NCBI GenBank assembly: GCA_951406725.2
Contig: OX597824.1
Span: 32,446,001-32,508,000 of the forward strand
Length of the DNA: 62,000 nt
Direction: 5' to 3'
Source of the DNA: Octopus vulgaris
Taxonomy: Eukaryota
Shown here: piece after piece, positions 54,002-62,000 of the stretch
How the letters are laid out: every line of letters starts with the position of its first letter
How positions within the stretch are numbered: the first letter of the stretch is position 1
Notes under the pieces: model-generated
Database searches by the model: none
Told to the model about the DNA's origin: nothing
The model's input: the letters and a program-made list of their open reading frames with translations, nothing else
Made by a program: the position numbers and the translations under genes

Positions 54002-54070
54002 CTGGGAAATTCATAAAAATATTATAATATATCACTTGAAATAAATCAAAAGTATAAAATGCGTAATTTT

Positions 54071-54171
54071 TGATAAAATGAAATATGTGAAGACTTATTC
54101 ATTAATAGAAGACTTATTTATTGATAAAATAAGCAAAGACTTTCTGTTGTGTCTGGGGAGAGTCATGTATG

Positions 54172-54229
<58 letters not shown>

Positions 54230-54510
54230 TATATTTATGTATATTCTGTTTTGTCTGGGGAGAGTCATTTTCTTTTTGTGCCTTATAATGTAACACACTC
54301 ACTGGTAAAATTTCTACTTATTTCTTATTAAAAAAATTTTTTTTAAATAAAAAAATACAAAAAAGAAATAAGTGGGTATTTTACCAGTGAGTGTGTTAAA
54401 TTATAAGGCACAAAAAAGAAAATGACTCTCCCCAGACACAACAGAATATGCTTCAAAACACGAACTCATATAAAGAATCTTGCAAACCAAATCCAAAAAC
54501 AAAAAGTAAA
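54071..54510. repeat. Fold-back repeat, copy 2 (about 82-bp inverted arms)
   Basis: Arms 54245-54326 and 54363-54445; same unique flanks as copy 1. Confidence 0.85.
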
Positions 54511-54525
54511 GACTTATTTTATTAA

Positions 54526-54749
54526 CCCTTAAACATTCAGATTACTCTGTCAAATGTTATGCTTATTTAGTCACATTGTTTTGAATTAATCATGCATTGT
54601 TGTGTAGCTTTGAGGTTTGACAATGTGACTGTATATTTTTGAAATGACACTGTAGGGTAGGTGTGAGAGGCCAGATCTGACCTGTTTTAACATAAGACAG
54701 GTAGAAAATTTGAGTTGGGTTGGATACAACCAGTTTAAATGCAGAAGAG
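54526..54749 (+). mobile_element. piggyBac-type MITE, second copy
   Basis: TTAA-cccttaaacatt...aatgcagaagag-TTAA; body colinear with the 60529 copy. Confidence 0.82.
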
Positions 54750-54943
54750 TTAAACCAATCAGCTGAACAAGGGTATGGTTTCATAATTTGAGATCAAGTA
54801 AATAATTTAGAATGAAAACTATAATTTTATTAAGCAAGTGGATGAGCATACTTATTAGATGAACATTATTATGGTTTCATTTGCATAAACTTTAGAGTGA
54901 ATAAATTCTTATATAAAGTGAACTGAATTCAAGTTTATTTTAT

Positions 54944-55476
54944 CCCTTTAGCATTCAAAACACTTTATCAAATGTTGTTGCGGAGACCCCCTCCCAGGCA
55001 CAAGTTCGGGCAAGGTTGTTTATGGAAGACCAGCAGTCGTCCATGCATACCGGCTTCCCCTCTCCCCGCCACAAGTGTTATTCAAGGGAAAGGCAAAGGG
55101 GCCTGATACAGCTTGGCACCTATGATGCCGCAACTCATTTCTACAGCTGAGTGAACTGGAGCAACGTGAAATAAAGTGTCTTGCTCAAGAACACAACACG
55201 CAGCCCGGTCCGGGATTCAAACTCACAACCTCATGTTTGTAAGCTCGACGCTCTAACCGCTGAGCCATGTGCCTTCACTGTCAAATGTAATGCTTATTTA
55301 TTCATCTTGTTTTGAATTAATCATGCATTAACTTGTAGCTTTGAGATTTCAATGATGTGATTGTTTATTTTTAGAGTAACATTGTAAGGTAGGTGTGAGA
55401 GGCTTGATTTGACCAATCTGAACATAAAACAGGTAGAAAATTTTAGCTGGTTATGGTCAGTTTAAATGCTAAAGGG
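54944..55476 (+). mobile_element. piggyBac-type MITE, third copy, interrupted by a SINE
   Basis: ccctttagcatt...aatgctaaaggg-TTAA. SINE family B inserted at about 54975-55276 with cactttatcaaatgt / cactgtcaaatgt flanks. Confidence 0.82.
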
Positions 55477-55506
55477 TTAATTAAAATAGGATTTCTAAAA
55501 TCTTAC

Positions 55507-55582
55507 CTGGCTTTGCTGTGATACTCCATGTGCATAGAAATTAGTAAACCATGGAATCCATGTCTTAAAGGACCTGACATAT
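55507..55582 (-). CDS. RyR: RyR window-exon 4/33: MSGPLRHGFHGLLISMHMEYHSKA
   Basis: Not in ORF track; aatcag acceptor, gtaaga donor; 76 nt, phase 1 to 2; resembles LPGPLRAGYYDLLISIHLE. Confidence 0.93.
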
Positions 55583-56139
55583 CTGATTAATTAAAATGAA
55601 ATGTTGTATTTAGATTTGTATAAACATAATGCTTAAAATTTTTTTCACTCTTGTACACACATACACACAGATTCACACATATATACAGATACACACACAT
55701 GTAGAAACATACATATGCATGCAGAAGCACACACATATGTGCACACACACACACACACTGCACACAGACACACACAGACACACAGACACACTCACACACA
55801 CACACACACACACACATCGGAAACTATTTAATCAAAATGTATTACTCTTGTGAAAACTTAAAATGGTAATAACCAATAAAAGAAACTGAAAGACATAATG
55901 ACAGTAGTGGAATGTAACGTCCGTTTTTCTATGCTGGTATGGGTTGGACGGTTTGACAGGATCTGATTAGACCCATGGGTGTGGGAAGGCTAGTAGCAAG
56001 AAAAGATATATATATATAGCTGATCAAAAGTGCTGCCCCTATAAAAGTGTTACCTGGGTGGATTGTTCTTTCCTCCTATGCTACTACAATTGAATTGAAT
56101 CCAGTATAATGCTTGTGTGGGACACAAGCATTATACTAG

Positions 56140-57290
56140 ATATATGCATGTTGAAAGTGAACAACCAAATCATTAAGCAAGTATCATCATTCAACTATCT
56201 TGGAACTTTAATCACAGAAGACACGAAATGTGTGAAGGAGCTCAAAAAACAAATAGTGCATGGAGTCCTTGAAAACCTGTTGCTACAAAAAATGTTGATC
56301 CATAAATTCTGTCTGAAATAGAGAATGTTGAGACAGTGTCACATGACAATTTACTGGGGCTGCCTGCTGGAGCCTAGCAGCAGGTATTTAAAGGGAAAAA
56401 TTTGACAAGTTAGTCAGTCACCTGCTGACACTCGTTGATGCTACATCGAAGAGGCCAGGGAACAGAAGAAAGAAGAAGAAAGAAGACGTGCACCCAACAC
56501 CAGAGCTGAAGACAACTCCGAAAGTGGGGGCCCCGCCATGTCGAAATGGTAAAGGAGTAGGGGCCGAAACCGGACATGGTTCCTCCTGATGATGTCTTGA
56601 GCTAACTGGATCCTATAAAGGAGCTGTTGTGGTAGCAGACCACGAAACACGGTTGAAATTCCTATATTCTATTATTTGAAGGATTGTAAAATAAAATCCT
56701 AGGAAGATAGTAATGATTATAGAGTGAGTTGCGGATTTTAAATTATTATTTATTAATGAGTGGTGTACTCAGGTAACAGATATGCTGGAAGCTAGAAGGA
56801 TTGCTGTATTAAGTAGGGGAATTTGGAATGGATTTAGTAGATAAATATACAATTCTCTAAATTGTATAACATCTTGAGAAACTGTATCAAGACCAAGATC
56901 CATATATTGGACTGCTATGTCTACCCTGTATTAATGTATGGAAGTGAGGCATGATCAATAACATAAAGAATAAGAAGGTGCTTGGAGAGCTGTGAAATGC
57001 CGTTCTTTGACAGACGAAGTGTCTAATGGAGAAGTGATGACCCAGGCTGTGGTAAATAGGAAACTGTTTTGTGAGATAAAGGCCAAGCAACTGACATTTC
57101 TTGGTCATGTGATGAGGAAAGACAACCTAGAGATGACCAGAAAGATAGAATAAAAAAAGAAGACAAAAGAAGCAGTGAAAAGATGACATGGATGTCAAGC
57201 TTGACGAGTTGGTTGGAAGAGGCATTAAACATCAGGAAGTGGAACTGTTACAGAAAACAAATATCAGAGAACTGTGATTTATGTCCTACA
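56140..57290 (+). mobile_element. RTE-clade LINE 3' fragment, decayed, split by an insert of about 600 bp
   Basis: KVNNQIIKQVSSFNYLGTLITED (56150-56230), then FSKLYNIL...DCYVYPVLMYGSEA...QLTFLGHVMRKD (56850-57130), typical of the RTE C-terminus. Confidence 0.78.
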
Positions 57291-57300
57291 TTCTGGACAT

Positions 57301-57622
57301 TATTTATTTTATTTATGCGCCCTTTTCAAGCTTAGCCAGGCTCATGGGCCCATTTTCCCAGTTTCTGTGGATTGTGTGTGTTCCCCCCAGCTGGATGGGA
57401 TGCCAGTCCATCGCAGTATTACTCAAGAAACAGGAAGAGAAAGTAAGAGAAAGTTGGGGGCGAAAGAGTACAATAGGGGTCGCCACCACCCCCTGCTGGA
57501 ACCTCATGGAGCTTTAGGTGTTATCGCTCAATAAACACATGCAATGCCTGGTCTGGGAATCAAAATTGCGATCCTCTGACCACGAGTCCACTGCCCTAAC
57601 CACTGGGCCATTGCTTCTCCAC
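57301..57622 (-). mobile_element. tRNA-derived SINE, family E, with 13-bp TSD
   Basis: TSD acattctggacat. Sister copy on + at about 18918-19210 between (TA)n tracts. Confidence 0.82.
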
Positions 57623-57802
57623 ACATTCTGGACATGGTACACCTAAAGTAAGTATAATGCTTGTACTGACTGAAATAATGCAAAATTTAAACTCAAATAT
57701 AGAAGGGTAATTTAGTTTAGTATTATATCATTCTTTTCAAATCATGAATCTTCCCTGCCACTCTACTACATCCTAATAAGAGCAAAAAGTGATTCAACTT
57801 AC

Positions 57803-57924
57803 ATTCACTTTCAATACAATAGTATAATTGTTTCTCATCAATGTGTCTTGTGAGTGCATGGGCAACTCGGTGATTGCCGTGAGAACAGACTGCTTGGTAC
57901 AAATCCAGGGTTCGTGCATGAAAG
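57803..57924 (-). CDS. RyR: RyR window-exon 3/33: FHARTLDLYQAVCSHGNHRVAHALTRHIDEKQLYYCIESE
   Basis: tcacag acceptor, gtaagt donor; 122 nt, phase 2 to 1. Confidence 0.95.
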
Positions 57925-58294
57925 CTGTGAAAAAGAACAAGAAACACTTTTTATTAGCATATTAGGGTAAAAGACAGACAGGTTAAAAAAATATTGCAGC
58001 TTTTTCTAGCTGACTTATTGGTTACCAACTTTCATTTCACTCTCATCTAATCCAAGAGTTAATTGGTTGTTCTGCACACTGCCCAACTGATCTACAGTTC
58101 TCATTTGTAGCCTCATCATCATCATCATCACCAGTTAATGTCCATTTACCATGCAGGCATGAGATGAATAGTTTGACAGGGATTGGTAAGGCCAAAGGTT
58201 GCACCTGTTCCATTGTCTCTTTTAGCATGGTTTCTACAGTTGGATGCCTTTCTTAATGCAAACCAGTTTACAGAGTGTATCGTGTGTTTTTTAT

Positions 58295-59450
58295 GCGGCA
58301 CCAGCACCAGTGCTTTTCTATGTGGCACCAGCACTGGCGTTTTTAATGTGACACCAGCAACAGTACCTTTTATGTGGTACCAGCAATAGTGCCTTTTATG
58401 TGGCACCAGCACCAGTACTTTTCTATGTGGCACCAGCACTGGCGTTTTTAATGTGACACCAGCAACAGTACCTTTTATGTGGTACCAGCAATAGTGCCTT
58501 TTATGTGACACCAGCACCAGTACTTTTCTATGTGGCACCAGCACTGGCGTTTTTAATGTGACACCAGCAACAGTACCTTTTATGTGGTACCAGCAATAGT
58601 GCCTTTTATGTGGCACCAGCACCAGTACTTTTCTATGTGGCACCAGCACTGGCGTTTTTAATGTGACACCAGCAACAGTACCTTTTATGTGGTACCAGCA
58701 ATAGTGCCTTTTATGTGACACCAGCACCAGTACTTTTCTATGTGGCACCAGCACTGGCGTTTTTAATGTGACACCAGCAACAGTACCTTTTATGTGGTAC
58801 CAGCAATAGTGCCTTTTATGTGGCACCAGCACCAGTACTTTTCTATGTGGCACCAGCACTGGCGTTTTTAATGTGACACCAGCAACAGTACCTTTTATGT
58901 GGTACCAGCAATAGTGCCTTTTATGTGACACCAGCACCAGTACTTTTCTATGTGGCACCAGCACTGGCGTTTTTAATGTGACACCAGCAACAATACCTTT
59001 TATGTGGTACCAGCAATAGTGCCTTTTATGTGACACCAGCACCAGTACTTTTCTATGTGGCACCAGCACTGGCGTTTTTAATGTGACACCAGCAACAGTA
59101 CCTTTTATGTGGTACCAGCAATAGTGCCTTTTATGTGGCACCAGCACCAGTGCTTTTCTATGTGACACCAGCAACAATGCTTTTTATGTGGTACCAGTAA
59201 TGGTGCCTTTTATGTGGAACCAGAACCAGTGCTTTTCTATATGCAACAGCAACAGTGTTCTTTATGTAGTATCAGCACTGGTGCTTTTTCCAAGGCATAA
59301 TCACCAGTGTTTTTTTTTGTGGCACCATCATCAGTGCTTTCTATGTGGCACCATCATCAGTGCTTTTTATGAGATGCCAGCATCAGTGCTTTTTATGTGG
59401 CACCAGTTATTTTTACATGGCACCAGCACCAGTGCTTTTTACATGGCAGG
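58295..59450. repeat. Higher-order minisatellite: 8 x 105 bp (four 26-27-bp monomers), then degenerate monomers
   Basis: Units start at 58295, 58400, 58505, 58610, 58715, 58820, 58925, 59030; core gtggcaccagca. Confidence 0.95.
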
Positions 59451-59909
59451 GTGATCGAGTAACTTACAAGATATTTCATCTCAAATTTGAAAATGATGAA
59501 CAATATTTTATGAAATAAATTTTAATAAAATTTTTTCATGGTATTCTCTTTGCAAAACACTGTTCTAAATAATTCTTTCTAAAGCCCAGCAATTTAGAAA
59601 GAATTAGGCAAATTGATTACATCATCCCCAGTACAAGACTGGTACTTTATTTTCCCCATGTCACTCCATCCAAAGGATGAAAGCAAAGTTCACTTTGGCA
59701 GGCTTTGAGCACACAACATAAAGAATTAGAAGAAATGCCACTAAACATTTTGTCTTGCATGATTCCACCAGCTCATTGCCCAACCATTCTAAATAATATA
59801 ACTCCTTTCCTTTTCAGTTTTTTTTCTTCTGATATCTACCTGATTTATACAAATATTTAACAAAACACTGCTTATATTCAATATAAAAAAACAAATAAAA
59901 ATGAATTAC

Positions 59910-59991
59910 TTCAGTAATAATGGATGTTCTATAAGTTCTAGCACATCAAGACAACTATCTTCTTCTGGTATGTAGACAGCCATCATAGAAA
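59910..59991 (-). CDS. RyR: RyR window-exon 2/33: SMMAVYIPEEDSCLDVLELIEHPLLL
   Basis: Not in ORF track; tttcag acceptor, gtaatt donor; 82 nt, phase 1 to 2; resembles RyR MMALHIPEENRCMDILEL. Confidence 0.93.
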
Positions 59992-60528
59992 CTGAAACAA
60001 TAAATTGTAATTATCTCAATTAGTCATTAAATAGCGATGAGTTTTTCATGTTAAATTTCAAAAAAGGAATAGTAAGAACTATTAAAAAGTTGAGAACAAA
60101 AATTACTTTCAAAATTATTGTTGTTAATTTTCCTGACTTTTTCTATTAATTATAGGTTTATAACTTCGAATTAAATTTTTATTTAATTTTTAACCAAAGT
60201 GTTGTAATATGAAATATTTCAACAACAACAACAATAATAATTTTTGTTTATTAATTTAGAATTGTCATGAGGGCAGAGCATGCCCAATAAATAATACAAC
60301 TTTTGTCTTGGTGTAAAAAAATGGGTTACAGCAAATATTCTGCCCGATACTGCAGATTTGCTTTGTCAGTCACTTGACCATAACCAGTTGAACATGTCAC
60401 TTAGTAGTTTACAATATGTGCACCTCTGATCACTAGCAGGAGTAGTGAAGCAGCATCAAGAGCAGGGATTATTTGGGGTTTGAATAATTCACCTCTGGAA
60501 AAATGGGTCTTTCACTCATCATCCTTAA

Positions 60529-60749
60529 CCCTTTAGTGTTCACATTATTCTACCAAAATTAATGCTTTTTCATCCACATTGTTTTGAACTAATCATTCAT
60601 TATTTTGTAGCTATGAGATTTTGATGAGGAAGCTGTTAATTTTTAAAACGACATAGTAGGGTCGGTGTGAGATGTCAGATCTGGTCAGTTTCACCATAAA
60701 ACAGGCAGAATACTTTTGGCCGGATATGGCCGGTTTAAATGCTAAAGGG
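60529..60749 (+). mobile_element. piggyBac-type MITE (CCCTTTAG..CTAAAGGG, TTAA TSD)
   Basis: TTAA on both sides. Host repeat has a single TTAA in its other copy at 43912-15. Confidence 0.88.
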
Positions 60750-61262
60750 TTAAACAAGCTTTATTCAGGGACCTTTTGAGCAGGATGGGCTACTCAGCTT
60801 GAAGAGAATTCTAACTGGGCCCCATCAGCAAGGTCATGCTTTTTTTTCTCTTGATATGAGGTCACCATGTTATGCATATATGGTTGTGATGCATGTGCCT
60901 ACTATATCCTTATCAGATGGGTAGTCAAGATGGTTAATATATATATATTCATATACTTATACCCCAGTATCACTTTGATAGCAAGCGCTGCTCACTCATT
61001 CAATAATAGTAATAATGGTTTCAAATTTTGGCACAAGGCCAGCAGGCTTGGAGGAGGAGGCAAGCCAATTACATCGATCCCAGTGTTCAACTGGTACTTA
61101 TTTTATTGACCCTGAAAGAACTAAATGCAAAGTCGACCTTGGTGGAATTTGAACTTAGCACATAGAGATGGACAAAATGTCACTAAGCATTTTGCCTGGC
61201 ATGGTAACGATTATGCCAGCTCACCACCTTATTCAATAATAATGATAATGATGATAATAATG

Positions 61263-61311
<49 letters not shown>

Positions 61312-61522
61312 GCCTTTCGACTAAAGGCACAAGGCCTGAAATTTTGGGGGAGGGGATTAGTTGATTACATCAACCACAGTGTTTCACTTGTACTTAATTT
61401 ATAAACAACGAAAAGATGAAAGGCAAAGTCCACCTTGGTGGAATTTGAACTCAGAACGTTAGGACAGATGAAATGACAATAATAATAATAATCAGAATAA
61501 TAAATACATATAATTAACTGAC

Positions 61523-61709
61523 CTGGTTCGTCACATACCAAACTCCAGCCTCGTACTTCTGACATCTTTATTGAGTGTGATTTGAGGGATGTATTTGGGA
61601 CTCTTGCCCAATGTGAAGGTTTTATTACTTGTAAATCTAAGCGTGGTGGACAGGCAGGTTGGATAGATTTAGGGCCACGGAACAGGGCAGCAGATAAGGG
61701 CAAAGTATT
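61523..61709 (-). CDS. RyR: RyR window-exon 1/33 (end of SPRY3 / start of junctional solenoid): NTLPLSAALFRGPKSIQPACPPRLDLQ...GWSLVCDEP
   Basis: tttcag acceptor, gtcagt donor; 187 nt, phase 0 to 1; resembles RyR NVMPLSAAMF...CPPRL. Confidence 0.93.
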
Positions 61710-62000
61710 CTGAAATAGAAAAATTATATACATTCAATAAAATCCCCTATTTGCTATTATTTTTAAACATTTGCTTTTATTTTTGGCAGGGCTATTTATT
61801 TCTTGCTTGTATTTAACTTCAACTCAGATCCAAAGTCCTTCATCCATTTCTTTTAGACTACATTAAAGGAAACTATAAATTTGACAAATTAAATTTATGA
61901 CTCTTTTGCCTTTTTCTTTCAGACATTGTACTGTGGCCATGTTGGGGCTCTGCCTTGGCAGGTATTTAGTTGAACAAATCAATGCCGGTACTTTTTTTTT

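Noticed and set aside
58146-59177. 343-aa ORF with a 35-aa repeat
   Set aside because: By-product of a 105-bp (multiple of 3) intronic repeat; no protein features or splice context
58295-59450. CRISPR-like look of regularly spaced gtggcaccagca motifs
   Set aside because: Intervening sequences repeat rather than being unique spacers; no cas genes; eukaryotic intron

Overview
This is AT-rich eukaryotic genomic DNA. The repeat families suggest a coleoid cephalopod, most likely Octopus (inference). The whole window lies inside one minus-strand gene, a ryanodine receptor (RyR). I traced 33 consecutive GT-AG exons by hand from 61709 down to 1945. They total 4819 nt, splice phases match at every junction, and they give an open frame of about 1606 codons. 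That frame covers the end of SPRY3, the junctional and bridging solenoid (RIH region), the Repeat3-4 phosphorylation domain and the start of BSol2; both ends of the gene lie outside the window. The introns hold a near full-length mariner, mariner deletion derivatives, a DD37D (maT-type) element, piggyBac-, hAT- and Kolobok-type MITEs, RTE and R4/Dong LINE relics, at least five tRNA-derived SINE families, long microsatellites (one about 2.8 kb of TA), local tandem duplications and a higher-order minisatellite grown inside a retroposon. Most long ORFs in the supplied track are microsatellite or repeat artefacts. No prokaryote-type system (CRISPR, operon, rRNA) is present. I found no clearly new biological system. 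The best leads are long intronic fold-backs close to RyR exons (possible ADAR or circRNA substrates), the palindromic TTAA-flanked MITE and the higher-order minisatellite.
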